Assembly (NCBI GenBank): GCA_951406725.2
Contig: OX597814.1
Coordinates: forward strand, 206,026,001 to 206,090,000
Source: Octopus vulgaris
Lineage: Eukaryota
DNA length: 64,000 nucleotides
Direction: 5' to 3'
Shown in pieces: positions 15,764 to 30,711 of this stretch (its first letter is position 1; each line of letters starts with the position of its first letter). The notes under the pieces are model-generated. The model was not told the origin of the DNA. It saw only the letters and a program-made list of their open reading frames with translations, and searched no databases. A program made the position numbers and the translations under genes.

Positions 15764-16175
15764 TAGGCGTAGGAGTGGCTGTGTGGTAAGTAGCTTGTTA
15801 AAGAACCACATGGTTCCGGGTTCAGTCCCACTGCGTGGCACCTTGGGCAAGTGTCTTCTACTATAGCCCCAGGCCGACCAAAGCCTTGTGAGTGGATTTG
15901 GTAGACGGAAACTGAAAGACGCCCGTCGTATATATGTATATTTATGTGTGTGTGTGTGTGTTTGTGTGTCTGTGTCTGTCCCCCAACATCACTTGACAAC
16001 CGACGGTGGTGTGTTTACGTCCCCGTAACTTAGCGGTTCGGCAAAAGAGACCGATAGAATAAGTACTAGGCTTACAAAGAATAAGTCCCGAGGGCCGATT
16101 TCTTCGACTAAAAAGGCGGTGCTCCAGCATGGCCGCAGTCAAATGACTGAAACAAGTAAAAGAGTAAAAAGTAAG
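15764..16175 (+). mobile_element. Octopus-type SINE, full length
   Basis: ggcgtaggagtggctgtgtggtaag ... ccgggttcagtccc (B-box-like) ... aaatgactgaaacaagtaaaagagtaaaa. Confidence 0.85.
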
Positions 16176-16735
16176 TTAAAAGATTCTCAACAATTTAACT
16201 ACTCTAGTTGACTTTCAGACACCCCCACTCCTCCAATAAAGGCCTTAACTCCCACATTTTAGAGCTCCATCAGCTCCATTTTTCAGGAGCAAAAGCCCTT
16301 GGAATAGGTTCCATAAGATTAGGATTTTGGAATCTGGGCATAAACATGAGTAGTATGGGATAAATGTGTCATGATTAGAATTTTTGTTAGGTTGTGTAAA
16401 GAGAGAAAGAGCTCTAATTAAAATTCTTCATTCCAAATTTTGATTAAATTCGAATCATAGGTATTCCAGTTCATTAGCGGAAATATAAAAGTCTAATTCA
16501 TATATATATATATATATATATATACACACGGAGATGCAGCACGGACTTTGTCAGTGAACAGGTCGCGGATTTTAGCGACGAAAATATTTTGACTAATTAA
16601 ACTTAAATGTTGAAGTGAATCGAACGGCTTTTGTGTGTTTCTTAAATGGCTTATAAACACCTTCCACGCTGCAATTGTTTTCGTTTCAGCACACGATCTC
16701 AGATCAAATTACTTGCTATGCGAGTACATCTCCGT

Positions 16736-16788
<53 letters not shown>

Positions 16789-16794
<6 letters not shown>

Positions 16795-17420
16795 GTTACA
16801 TTACTCAATAGTCAAGATAAAACTCTGAGTTTCAGATGCCGAAGTGGAAATCCACAACACCATCTCTTCGGTTATCTGGATATTTGAAAACGCTATGAAA
16901 AAATACCGTTATACAAAGGGAAATTACTGTGTTATAACTCTGCTTGCCTGCGTACTTATACATCGCTCGCATTTTTCGTCATAAAAATTATATAAAAATA
17001 CATAAAAAATATATAAAATCTTCTTGGGACGTAACATAGAAAGCATGTTCTATCTGTTTTCTTTAGGGGACCAAAAACATAACAGAAATTTAGTCCCATG
17101 TGGGCATGATCCGAAAAGTTCTGTCCTTGTATTTAGACATGTAGTAGGGTTTAAGCTGCTTTTCCAGATAAGCCATCTCTCCATGTCGCATAGACCGCAC
17201 CTTCCGCTGCCGTTGGTATAGGGCTTACATCTGGCCAAAATCTTCCATTGTATGTTATAATCGACACCTTTATCTCTTAAAGACCAAATATGATTAGATA
17301 ATTGTGTCGCTTTTCTTTTGTTCCAGTGCCTAAAGCTCAAAGTGTGGTTATTGAACCTGGCCTTGAAGTTACCCTCTGTAAGGCCCACGTATTTCTTCGT
17401 CGAAACGGTGTTATTAGTGG
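16789..17420 (-). mobile_element. Penelope-like element 3' fragment (GIY-YIG + pLTR, hammerhead at 16815-16877)
   Basis: [17 protein letters not shown]...[11 protein letters not shown]...[13 protein letters not shown]; near-identical to 34070-34710. Confidence 0.9.
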
Positions 17421-17437
17421 TTATATATATATATATG

Positions 17438-17506
<69 letters not shown>

Positions 17507-17517
17507 GTGTGTGTGTG

Positions 17518-17571
<54 letters not shown>

Positions 17572-17673
17572 GAGTGTATTTTTACTTTGTTAACAATAGT
17601 ATCAGTGGAATTTTCGAAACATGTGTCGAAAGTAAAAATATTTGTTTACACCTGCGTTAACTCCATTTTTTAT

Positions 17674-17747
<74 letters not shown>

Positions 17748-18453
17748 AGAGAGAATGTAGTATATAAGATCCAGATATCTACTCCATTCAGTAAGCATTT
17801 GATCCTTATTGGGACACCCGGCAACACTGGTCGCCTACCGTGAAATATAAAATACGAGAAAAATCGGCGATCTTCTGTTTCAATAAACATCTATTGACCC
17901 TGAAATTCGCTTTTTTTATATTTACTACTGATTGTTTGAACCTAACTTTCTTCCTATGCCACGATAACTGGATCTTACATTAATATATATATATATATAT
18001 ATATGATGGAAGAAAAATGCAAAGGAGGACAATAAAACATTCGGACAGAGAGACGATACAAAGACGGACAGGAGAAACAACAATCAGAAGGACAGGGGGG
18101 AAAAGACGGGGCATCCGTGGCCTTCTTCCTCAGTCAAGTTACCAGATGTCCTTACTGTTTCGGGCAGTTACACTTGAGACAATTCGATCTGGTAAAGAAA
18201 TATATATGTATATATAAATATAAAAATGGAACAAAAATGCAACAGAGGACAATAAAATGACAAAGAAATGACAATTAAAAAAAACAGGCAAAAAAAGACG
18301 GGTTATTCTTGGCATATATATATATGTGTGTGTGTGTGTGTGTAATTAAGGCAGCCAACGTTTTTCAATTTTACCAAAGGAAATTAGAACTAACGACACA
18401 AAATATATCCTTAGGATCGGGAGCCAAATTACCTGATCACTAAGCCAAGCGCC

Positions 18454-18499
<46 letters not shown>

Positions 18500-18696
18500 C
18501 TCATCTCTCTCTCTCTCTCTCCAATTATCCATCATAGAACTTCAATTCACCCACGCACACTCACACTCTATCTACCTCTCTTTCTATTTAGTTTCTCTTC
18601 TTTCCTTTTACTGCTTAATACCCCCCCCACGCTACCATTCTGTTATTGAACGTTGATATGTTCTCTGGATGTCTACCGTATCAGAATTTTAACCCA

Positions 18697-18847
18697 CATG
18701 GATCTACGCAGGGTTGCACCTAAGGACGTATGCTCATGGATCTACGCAGGGTTGCACCTAAGGACTTACGCTCATGGATCTACGCAGGGTTGCACCTAAG
18801 GACTTACGCTTATGGATCTACGCAGGGTTGCACCAAGGACTGATGCT
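18697..18847 (+). repeat. Minisatellite, 4 x 38 bp (catggatctacgcagggttgcacctaaggacttacgct)
   Basis: Units start at 18697, 18735, 18773, 18811; no spacers. Confidence 0.9.
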
Positions 18848-18996
18848 CTTGTTTCTACAACTTCCGAAAGTTAAACTATGAATTATATACTTCTTTTTTC
18901 TTCTTTCTTTCCGTCTCCTTATTCTTTAATTCTCTGCCTCTCTTTCGTCATCTCATTAATACATACCATTCTCATTTTTCGTATTTTTCCGTATTT

Positions 18997-19052
18997 GTCT
19001 CTGACGACGGAATATCCCATACTCGGGGATATCCCAGAAACAGCTGTAAGAC
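18997..19052 (+). ncRNA. Type I hammerhead ribozyme motif (canonical)
   Basis: GTCT CTGACGA cGGaATATCCC-atactcg-GGGATATCCca GAAAC AGCT GTA AGAC; palindromic stem III ACAGCTGT. Confidence 0.85.
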
Positions 19053-19408
19053 TTTGAATTTCTTCCTGTAATAATATTGTATACGACTTGAGATGTTTGC
19101 CTTGCCTTAATGCTTGTTGTCCTTTTTAACAATTATACATCTGCTATTTCGGAACTCAGCAATGGCTCCATAACTGCCGTCTCGGCTATAACCATGGAGA
19201 CCAAATAATCGTTACAGCATTTACCTAGCCTACCTAATCGTTTAGATCAAGATTACCTGTGAACTACCCCTCCCCCATGCTTTGTGTGTGTGTATATATA
19301 TATTATATGTGTGTGTGTGCGTGTGTATCTATGTATATGTTAATGTAGATGGCATACTTGTTCGCTTTTTAAAGGGTGATCTAAGATAAAGATATTTTCT
19401 TCGTACAA

Positions 19409-19489
<81 letters not shown>

Positions 19490-19642
19490 TGGATGTATTA
19501 CTGGCAGTCTATCTTCTCCTTTCGAGCACTCAACCCTGATGAAGGGTCTTTTCTCTGTATTTACTTGCCCTGTTTTCCATTTTTCTCGTTGTTTACGTAT
19601 TTCATGTTATTTGCACCGTTGGTGACGTCCTGTATCTATATA

Positions 19643-19694
<52 letters not shown>

Positions 19695-19749
19695 TGTATT
19701 ATTTGTTACACACACACACACACACACACGCATGCACACATATATATAT

Positions 19750-20226
19750 GGTGATGTGGCTGTTGTTGTCGTCGATGCCGTCGAGGGAACTGCCCATGGC
19801 TGTCGCTGGTGTTGTCAATGTTGGTAACTGTGGAGATGGTGGTGGCATTGCTGGTTCTGTTCCTCTATCTACGGCTGCTGCTACTGGTTCTACCGGTCGT
19901 ATTGCCAGGGTTTGCTAGTACTTCAACTTCGTAGAAGGCCCCTTTGGTTTTGCAGTGGCCTCCCATGTTGCACCTTTTGCGGTCCTTGCAGGAACATCCT
20001 TCTTCGTCCCGTGGCCCAGGGCCGCTAACTAGAATGCTCTTAATATTGGCCGACATGTAAAAGAGGCTCTAACTTTGAGCCTGTTAAAAATGTAACCGTA
20101 CCTATGGGAGCTAGTGAAAAGCTTATCTATTAATTTAAGGAATATTCTACCTACGGGGGTTTTTGTGTTAAGAGAGAAGGTGGGCAGGCAAACAAAATGG
20201 TATTTCTGCGGTACTTCCTTCATCAA
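19750..20226 (-). mobile_element. Degenerate Penelope-like fragment (RT C-terminus / linker / start of GIY-YIG)
   Basis: FSLNTKTPVGRIFLKLIDKLF..H.Y..IFNR..V..SF and CSCKDRKRCNMGGHCKTKGAFYEVEV parallel the 33812 ORF (IGKYFLALIDRHF..FNRHNLKISF; CSCRNKELCPLNGAC). Confidence 0.75.
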
Positions 20227-20468
20227 AATTTGAATTAAGAAATATTACAACTAAAATAGGAACTTGCAAAGCACAAAATACAATATGACCTCTGCTCCGC
20301 TGGCCACAACATTTGTCTTTCTAGTAAATAAATAATAAAATAGATTTACATTCATTTTTAATTAAATACTCTTTATTTTCAAATATTTATAAAATAACGA
20401 AACTAAAATGAATCTTCAATATTTTATGACTTTTATCTATCTTGTTTTTCTCTTACAGAAAACGAAAT

Positions 20469-22679
20469 ATGGCTGCCATGCAGATGACGATAACAACAAG
20501 CAGTTCACTTTTCCTTGTGATTACTTTTATTGTCGTTCTAATATCACTAAACATAGAAGCGAAGGAACTTGGAAATAACTGTGAAATTAAGATTTCTCCC
20601 AATGTCCATAAGATTTTATCTCGTTTAATAAGATCAAACAAAAAGGTTTTCAATTTCGATGTCCATTTATCCGATAAAAAACTTGATGACCTTCTGAAAC
20701 CCGTACGACTGGATTATTTCGCAAACGCGAGACAATTTACCTGGATTCCAGAGGAACCAGATGGTTTAATAGCGTATAAGAATTTCTATTATGATTTTTC
20801 AATTTACTCTTTGAATTTATTAGGAGCTTACATTGCTACTCCAAGAGTTGATGTCGATATAAATTGTGGGAAAGAAAATATTCAGAGATATGATTTAATA
20901 CATTTGATTTTCCAGGAATTGAAGAAAATCGCAGTGATCGATACATTAAAAATGGGAGAATCTGGTTACATGTGTTTTATTGTAAATTTGTCTCAAGACA
21001 TGAAGAAGAACAGCCCTGAGTCATTGAAAGCTAACAGAAGATTGGGTATAAATCGAGAGTTGGTGAAGAACTATTGCTGTAAACTCTATAAAAATGAAAG
21101 CTATGTTTATCACTCAAAATCAATTTGTTCGGGAAATATCATGGAAAATAGTATGTTTCTCAATTATGCAAATATCGTCGGAGCAATTGTGTGGATATTT
21201 TTTCCGTTAATCGTTAGTCTTCTTTCACAAGCTAAATTGCCTTCATTTCCGCATCAAAACACATTGCCATACAAATCAGAATGGATCAACAAAAACCATA
21301 ATACTTACAGTTTCTCTCATTTTCTGTCTTGGTTATTTTGTTTCCATAATTCCTCTTTCTTTGCCTCAAGACTAAGAAGATTCCTTTCTATTCTATTTTC
21401 TCTTTCAGTAATTTTCCTGGATCTTTTGATGCATTACTTCTTTTTAAATGAAACAGTAGAAATTCTTTACCGAGATGGTATACCATTGGGCTATCGCGCC
21501 CTAACATTAGGAATCCCAGAAAGTTATGAGAATACTGATGGCTTTTTTGGTGGTCCCTTTGTATGGTTAATCTGTTACGCATCTTTCAACTTTATCCTCT
21601 TCGTTCTTCCCAGTCGTTTAAGTGAGACTATCGCTTATAATACATTACATCGAAGTTCCACTTGCACATTTCTCATTCAAAATATCAGATTATTAGAGAA
21701 GTATGGCAGTTTAAATGTTTCTACACAACAGGATTATGATCTACTCTATGCAATAATGAAAGCTAATATTTCTGCTGCTTTAAACCCAAATTTCTGGTAT
21801 TTAATAATCCATACTTGGTTTAACCGTATCAAGAAAATTTGGTTATATTACTACAGGAGAAATATTTTCTGGAAATTCATTACACTTTGGCTCTTTGTTT
21901 CCATTACAATTTTATTTGCTGTATTTTCTGTCTGTGAATTATTTCTGTGCCTCGTTTATTATGGAATACCAATTGTTTATTTGATTTCAACTTTACCTTT
22001 CAGCTATTCCAATGTTTATATTTTCCCACTATATAGGAATAATAATCATATTTTTGAGATTGTTGCAGTACTTTTTACTATTCTATCGTTTCCATTTTAT
22101 ATATTGTGGGCTCTTTATTCAATCTATATATTTCTTTCAAGTTTCCAAATTCTTTGCAATTACATATTTACGATAGCTGTTACGGTTCTTGCTAAACCTG
22201 ATAATGTCGGGGACGTATGGTTTGTTGCCATGTTTTTCGTGTATACCGTTGCAATTGCGAAAGCCATTATCAAGCAGAATCAATTAGTTATAGTTCAGTC
22301 TATAAAACTCACCAAAACCGTTTGTCCAAGATTGGTTCAGGTAAAATATGGAGAGGAATTCATAAATGCCAATTTGTTCAAGACAATTGTTAACCGTCAT
22401 TTTCCATTGAGATACGAGATTGGTAAATCCATTATAAAACTGTTTCTAATCGTATCTTTTTTCTTTGCTTGCAACAATATAATAAGTCGAGAAGACTTGG
22501 ACTTATCAGCGTTCACAAGGTTTACTTTGATATTGATGACGTCTATGATACCTAAATTTTTGGCAATAATTAATTCTAAATTGAGTTTTTTTACATCCAT
22601 GACACATACAATTATCGAAACAATAAGTACATTTGAAGATGGCAATGCATCACATTCCAGTTTATCAATTTCTTATTAA
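20469..22679 (+). CDS. Uncharacterised multi-pass membrane protein (signal peptide, ~200-aa six-Cys ectodomain, ~9-10 TM), paralog 1, 736 aa, single coding exon
   Basis: Long non-repetitive ORF; splice acceptor ttgtttttctcttacag (ends 20458) just before ATG 20469; signal peptide ending LNIEA-KE; many hydrophobic segments; AATAAA at the stop; conserved paralog at 36859. Confidence 0.9.
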   Translation: MAAMQMTITTSSSLFLVITFIVVLISLNIEAKELGNNCEIKISPNVHKILSRLIRSNKKVFNFDVHLSDKKLDDLLKPVRLDYFANARQFTWIPEEPDGLIAYKNFYYDFSIYSLNLLGAYIATPRVDVDINCGKENIQRYDLIHLIFQELKKIAVIDTLKMGESGYMCFIVNLSQDMKKNSPESLKANRRLGINRELVKNYCCKLYKNESYVYHSKSICSGNIMENSMFLNYANIVGAIVWIFFPLIVSLLSQAKLPSFPHQNTLPYKSEWINKNHNTYSFSHFLSWLFCFHNSSFFASRLRRFLSILFSLSVIFLDLLMHYFFLNETVEILYRDGIPLGYRALTLGIPESYENTDGFFGGPFVWLICYASFNFILFVLPSRLSETIAYNTLHRSSTCTFLIQNIRLLEKYGSLNVSTQQDYDLLYAIMKANISAALNPNFWYLIIHTWFNRIKKIWLYYYRRNIFWKFITLWLFVSITILFAVFSVCELFLCLVYYGIPIVYLISTLPFSYSNVYIFPLYRNNNHIFEIVAVLFTILSFPFYILWALYSIYIFLSSFQILCNYIFTIAVTVLAKPDNVGDVWFVAMFFVYTVAIAKAIIKQNQLVIVQSIKLTKTVCPRLVQVKYGEEFINANLFKTIVNRHFPLRYEIGKSIIKLFLIVSFFFACNNIISREDLDLSAFTRFTLILMTSMIPKFLAIINSKLSFFTSMTHTIIETISTFEDGNASHSSLSISY

Positions 22680-23089
22680 ATAAAAATGCTTTGAAATTTT
22701 CAGAAGGTATATTCTGTTCTCTAAATACGTTGTATAATTCGAATAAAAGAAATCTGTATTGACGTATGTAGAAATCACAGAATCACGTACACTTACAATA
22801 TCCCATTATATACATACATGCATACATACATACATACATACATACATACATACATACATACATAAATACAGACAGATAGACAGACAAAGAGACAAGCAAA
22901 CATGTAGGCAGACATGTACACACATATACATAAATGTAAATTAAATGTGTATGTATATATGTGTATGTGTGTGTATGAGTGTGTGTCCGTGTAATTTGCG
23001 ACGTTGCATGTGTGTGCGGATGTAACTCCTAAACACGCGCACGCACATGTATAGGAGTTAAATGTTTTTATCTGAGGCCGTATATTCGT

Positions 23090-23485
23090 TTCTACTCTAG
23101 GTACAAGGCCTGAAATTTTGTTGCACAGGGCACGTCGATTAGATCGACCTCAGTACGCAACTGGTACTTAATTAATCGACCCCGAAAGGATGAAAGGTAA
23201 AGTCGATCTCAGCGGAGTTTGAACTCAGAACATAAAGACAGACGAAATACCTATTTCTTTACTACCCACAAGGGGCTAAACACAGAGGGGACAAACAAGG
23301 ACAGACAAACGGAATATGTCGATCATATCGGCCGCAGTGCGTAAGTGGTACTTATTTAATGGACCCCGAAAGGATGAACGGCAAAGTCGACCTCGGCGGG
23401 ATTTGAACTCAGAACGTAGCAGCAGACAAAATACCGCAAGGCATTTCGCCCGGTGTGCTAACATTTCTGCCAGCTCGCCGCCTTT
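23090..23485 (-). mobile_element. Octopus-type SINE (dimeric)
   Basis: Reverse complement of the 3209 family. Confidence 0.8.
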
Positions 23486-23879
23486 TCTGAAGCCGTATAT
23501 TGAAAGAAAGACGATTGCAGTGTGAAGAGAATTTAGATATAGCAAAACACAAAAACTGTTTAACTTCACTTAAATCATAATTATTAACGACAGAAGCAGT
23601 ATTAGTACCAAAAAACAATCTTTATATCCAACTTAACGTGAATGATTTGTTAGAACTCCCAATACTGAGTTATTTACCTTGAGAGGACTTCTCATATTGA
23701 TACATGGGGCGCACATATTCACGTCGTTCGCAAAAGAGAATCGTCTGATACGTTCGGGTAGATGTAAACATTGCCTTCTGGTACTAATAATACTTTTGTC
23801 GTTAATAATTATTCTTTCACAAGCCTACTGGCTATTTGCGACATCAGTGCCTAAGACGTCACTGAAATACAACATATCG

Positions 23880-24940
23880 GTTGGTATGCGGCTACCGGAC
23901 GAACTAAACAGCTTGGACAGAAAGGCAAGGAAGTTGTTAACGAGATATGGGATACTCTACCCAGAAAGTGGAACAGACAGACTTAATGTAGTAAGAAAAA
24001 GAAGGGGACGTAAGAAGGCTAGGCTTGTGTAGGATGAAAGATTGCAAAGATAAAGCACTATACAAGAAATCGAAAATGAATGAAACTGAAAATAGGTGGA
24101 TAAAGAAAAGAATGCATGGGCAATTTCATAGAGATATTGAAAATAAGACAGACAGAGAAAAAGATGGCTATGGATGACTAAAAGTGATTTAAAACCGAGA
24201 ACAGAGACTCTAATCTGTGCTGCCTAAGAGCAAGCATTAAGAACCAATTACATCAAATACAGAATAGACAACACTGCAGAAAGTGATAAGTACAGAGTTT
24301 GTAGACAAAATGGGGAAACCGTATGGCGTATTACCAGTCAAAGTGCGCCAGTAACCCAGAAAGAATATAAGAGAATTCATGAAAATAGAGCAAAGATTGT
24401 CCATTGGACACTTTGCAACAAGTATAGACTCGACAAAGTAAAACAGTAGTATAAACATAAACCCGAAATCATCATCGAAAATGATAATGCAAAGATCCAG
24501 TGGGATTTTATGATTGAGTGCGACAATGAGATAGAGGATAGGAAACCAGAAATAGTCTTAATTGAGAAAGAAAGGAAACGATGCTGGATCATAAATATAG
24601 CGTGCCCAGCTGACAAGAAGTAATGCGATAAAAAAGAAAGAAAAGTCGATAGATGTAACAGGTTAGCTTGGGAGGTTAAGCTGTTGTGGTCGATGAAAAA
24701 GGTGGTAGTAGTACCAATAATTGTTGAAACCCTGGGAAAAGTGAGTAAAAATCTTGAGAAATATATGAAACAAATCGGGCTGCAATAAGGGCGGAGCACT
24801 TGTAGAAAACAGCACTGCTTGGAACCGATCGAATATTCCGGATGGTGCTCAAAAAATAAGGGGTGTTACCTTAGTTCAGTGGTAGTGGACAGCTGACACC
24901 GTAGTACATCTCCAGCATTAGAAGCTGTGCAAAGACAACA
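23880..24940 (+). mobile_element. Degenerate R4/Dong-type LINE 3' fragment followed by (AAT)n
   Basis: DELNSLDRKARKLLT..G..YP, DLKP.TETLICAA.EQAL, WDFMIECD, RKPEIVLIEK, ALLGT.RI; many stops. Confidence 0.8.
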
Positions 24941-24941
24941 A

Positions 24942-24979
<38 letters not shown>

Positions 24980-25280
24980 TAATGGTGATGATGATGATGA
25001 TGATGATGATGATGACGATGACGATGACGATGGTGGTGGTGGTGGTGGTGATGGTGATGATGATGATGATGATGAGGAGGAGGAGGAGAAGAAGAAGAAG
25101 AAGAAGAAGAAGAAGAAGAAGAAGAAGAAGAAGAAGAAGAAGAAGAAGAAGAAGAAGAAGAAGAAGAAGAAGAAGAAGAAGAAGAAGAAGAAGAAGAAGA
25201 AGAAGGAGAAGGAGAAGAAGAAGAAGAAGAAGAAGAAGAAGAAGAAGAAGAAGAAGAAGAAGAAGAAGAAGAAGAAGAAG
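24942..25280. repeat. Compound trinucleotide array (AAT)(GAT)(GAC)(GGT)(GAG)(GAA)n
   Basis: Direct reading; source of poly-N/D/G/E/K pseudo-ORFs. Confidence 0.95.
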
Positions 25281-27500
25281 CCAAACATTGTATGGATAGA
25301 CTTCAGTTTAAAATCATGCCTCCTCTTTGATATGATTGTCTCAATCGACATAAACGTATCTGTCAAGACCTACCAACAACTCAGCAAGTATAAAGATCTT
25401 GAAACAGAAACTGGCAAAATGTGGAACCTCAAGATATTATCACAAACGACACATGAACTTGTCGAAAGCCTAGGTAGATTATAAAAATGCTTTTGATATT
25501 CTACAACATAGATGGATTAAGAAATGACTGGAAATGTATAAAATAGCACCGACTCTGCAAAACCTCTTGTCTGTAAGTATGAGATCATAGAGAATAACAC
25601 TGACTTTGAACAGTGACAATGAATTTCTCAATGCTGGAGTTGTAAGAATTTCATGTGGCATTTTCCAGGGTTACTCACTATCACCACTCCTCTTGTGTCT
25701 AGCCTTTATACCTCTCTCTAAATTGCTCAATGATGTACAATATGGATATAAAATGTTTGATAAAAATATAAATCATCTCTTTTACATGGTTGATTTAAAG
25801 TTCTTTTGAAAAACTTACTAACAACTACAAGGTTTACTAGCAATTGTTAAACAATTCAGTGATGACGTCAGGATTCAATTTGGCTTCGAAAGATGTGCAA
25901 AAGCTACTTTTATGAAAGGCAAAATGACAGAAACATCCAACGTTAATCTTCACCAGCAGAATATCATAAAGGAGTTAGAGTCAGCGGAGAGCTACAAATA
26001 CTTAGTGATATTTAAAGGTAATGGAATAAAACAATCAATGATGAGGGAAATGAACAGAAGAGAATGTTATCGCAGGGTAAAAGCAATACTCAAGACAGAG
26101 CTAAATGCAAGAAACAGGATCAAAGCGATCAATACTTTAGCCATACCGGTCGTGACTTATAGTTTCAATATCATTAACTGGTCAATCACTGAAATCTGTA
26201 ATCTTGACAGAAAAATCTGAAAATTGTTGACAATGCATAGAATGCACCACACTAAGGAAGATTAGACCAACTTTAGCTGCCAAGAAAAGAAAGATGCCGT
26301 GAACTTTTACAGCTGGAATTAGCAATGAAAATTGCCACAATTGGCCTCAACACCTACCTGGAAACTCTGATGACTGGATGTTAAAACTTGTCTTAAAGCA
26401 TGAAAACAAGAAAGCATCATACTGAGTAACAAAACAGGCAAAGGATTGTCGAAGTGAATTTCTAGTACAACAAATCCCAGAAACAAGCACAGAAAAAGCT
26501 AAGCGTATGAAGACCCGCGCTAAAACTGCTTTCTTAGATATTCTTACGGATAAATGGCCTCTCAGTGGTAAATACCACAAGGGAGCTAATAATGCCAGTA
26601 TTGACAAAGCCATTACTCATGAATGGTTAGTGTCTTCTGGCTTAAAATCAGAAACAGAAGGCTTTATCATAGCAGCCCAAGATCAATGTCTACCTGAAAG
26701 GAACTACCAGGCCAACATATTAAAGAATAGCAGTAGCCCAACATGTCGTGTATGTAAACAACAAAATGAAACCATTGATCTATGTCCAGTCTTCTTGCGC
26801 CTACAGAGTATCTCAACAGGCATAATAGAGCAGCACAGTATATTCACTAGGTAATTTTCAAAACCTGGACCTGCCCCATGATAAAAACTGAGTGGGAACA
26901 CAAACCACCTCCAACACTTGAAAATGACCACATCTCACTCCTCAGGAAAGTCACCGTTCAAACTGACAGAAAGATAGATGCGAATAGGCCAGACATCATA
27001 TTGAAAGACGTCAGACAAAAAATCATGTTCGGCAATAAACTCACGCGTAGTCACAGTAGTTCGGTATGGTACTGGAATCATGTTCCAATCGACATATAGG
27101 TATGTCATGGCTTACCAGCAACTCAGCAGGTATAAAGATCTTGAAACAGAAATTGGCAAAATGTGGAACCTCAAGACTAAAACAATACCTGTTGACATAG
27201 GATGTCCTAGAAATGATAGCATAATGGGCTGATTCCTACATAGCTCTGATATCAGGAAACCCCAAAATAGCAGAAATTCAAATAATAGTGCCCATGGGAA
27301 CAGCCCATATCCTACATAAGGTACTGTCTATGTAATCTCAAATGTTAAAACAAACTCATAATTTTCTTATATTTTCTTAAACATTCTCTAGAACAATACT
27401 TTGTGCAAAACCAAATATGTGACACCCTAAGCATAATACTTCAAACTTGTTGTCTCTTGAAATCTCTGGGATGAGACTTGGAGTCAACTTGTACAAAGAC
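25281..27500 (+). mobile_element. Degenerate R4/Dong-type LINE (RT + RLE), with an extra RLE piece at 25281-25440
   Basis: GIFQGYSLSPLLLCLA, HLFYMVDLK, GLKSETEGFIIAAQDQ, DANRPDII. Confidence 0.85.
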
Positions 27501-27779
27501 AAAGCAAAAATATCTATAAACATCTCAAAGTTTTAGTAATCATAGAAAGTAATAGAAAAGGCGTACAGATTTTGGGGGAGAGCTGTTAAATTGCCGTCCT
27601 GTCGTATTTCGTAAATTTATATATCTTAGTTATGCTAGGTCCTCCCCAAAATTTAGATTTCTATACATAAATTCGTCCCCCCCCACGCTAGAATTTTGGC
27701 TAGCTTAGCTGCCTGCTGCCCCTTCGTCTCCTCTCTCTCGCCTTTACCTTTCCACAGATCATAACCCAACTTTGTTTTC

Positions 27780-29280
<1,501 letters not shown>

Positions 29281-29764
29281 ATAATAATGATAATACCAAT
29301 AGGGAGCAAACAAATTTGTAGCCTTAATTCCTGGAATCCTAAAGTAAGTGAATCACAAATGACCATACACATAGTGACCTCATATATATTACGTAAATTC
29401 CTCTCGATGTTATTGCAGTAGTATTCATTCGGCTGTATTATGAAATTTATAAAAGTAAATTTTAGGTATATTTATTTATAACACACGGACATCAATTTGT
29501 TTACAACTGCAAATTCGGCTTTAGGTGAGGTTATGTTTTCACATAATTATGTCAGCAAATATTACACGATTTACTAGAAATAATTATGCGATTATCAGAA
29601 ATAGCAACATCAGTCAACACTTTAATCATTTTAATTACATCAGCAATCATGGGAATGCATCAATTAGGAAATTACGAAAACTGGAACTTAGATAGGATAC
29701 AAGATAAAAATTTGGGTTAAATGGATACAAAATATTTCTAAATACAGAAAATTAATAATAATCC

Positions 29765-29948
29765 TTTCTACTGGAAGTACAAGGCTTCAAATTAGTACCA
29801 GTGCGTAACTGGTACTAATTTTATCATGCCCGAAAGAATGAAAGGCAAAGTCAACCTCGGTGGAATGTGAACTCAGAACGTAACAGTAAATGAAATAACG
29901 CTAAGCATTTTGCCCGGCGTGCTAACGATTCTGCTAGCTCGCCGCCTT
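29765..29948 (-). mobile_element. Octopus-type SINE
   Basis: Reverse complement of the 3209 family head. Confidence 0.7.
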
Positions 29949-30243
29949 AATAATACAAGTAATTATTAATAATAATCATAATAATAATAATAATAATTAG
30001 TTAACGATAAGCATCCTTGTCCCAAAACATTCTGATTCCTGCTTCATTTCACATTCTGATTCCTGCTTCTCACATATACCAAAGTCAGTGTCCAATGTAA
30101 CTTTTCATCATATAAAAGCTTATGTCGATCCCGGTTCAACTGCGCAGAGTGTTACATTTTATAAATCTACTAATCTGAATATTTCAAGGTAAAATTACCT
30201 TTTCGCACTATCCATTGCTTTCACTCTCCGCTTCATTAGCACC

Positions 30244-30339
<96 letters not shown>

Positions 30340-30341
30340 TT

Positions 30342-30483
30342 GAAACAAAATCACCTTTTATCAATTAAAAATGAACAATTAAATTACACCAACTCGAAAA
30401 ATACATATAATAAATGTAATTTTCTAGATGATGTAATTTAATTGTTAATTTTTTATTTTGAATTGATAAGAGGTGTTTTGTTT

Positions 30484-30485
<2 letters not shown>
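30342..30485. repeat. Short fold-back element within (TA)n
   Basis: aaacaaaatcaccttttatcaatt...aacaattaaattacacc / gatgtaatttaattgtt...aattgataagaggtgttttgtttt; same family as 60413-60485 / 62245-62323. Confidence 0.8.
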
Positions 30486-30561
<76 letters not shown>

Positions 30562-30630
30562 TTTGTGAAATTTGATTTAGTATTTCTAAATTGAGTTTTT
30601 CCCTGTAAGTTAGGAATAATATTCCCTCAA

Positions 30631-30711
<81 letters not shown>

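Noticed and set aside
15200-16460. Possible old CR1-like LINE remnant around the SINE
   Set aside because: Too degenerate to support by eye
18697-18847. 38-bp direct repeats resembling a CRISPR array
   Set aside because: Repeats are contiguous with no unique spacers, no cas genes, eukaryotic context
17595-19560. Half-hammerheads (gaaacatgtgtcgaaag at 17611; gaaacagtaaggac on - at ~18150; ccctgatgaaggg at 19534)
   Set aside because: Partner half missing or truncated; counted only as decayed remnants
20442-20468. TTG start of the 745-aa ORF
   Set aside because: Overlaps the polypyrimidine tract and acceptor; the paralog supports ATG at 20469
20469-22679. Assignment as octopus chemotactile (Cys-loop) receptor, GPCR or gustatory receptor
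   Set aside because: No Cys-loop motif, too many TM segments, no DRY/NPxxY or GR TM7 signature
24866-25484. Poly-N/D/K/F/S ORFs
   Set aside because: Trinucleotide array fused to a LINE fragment
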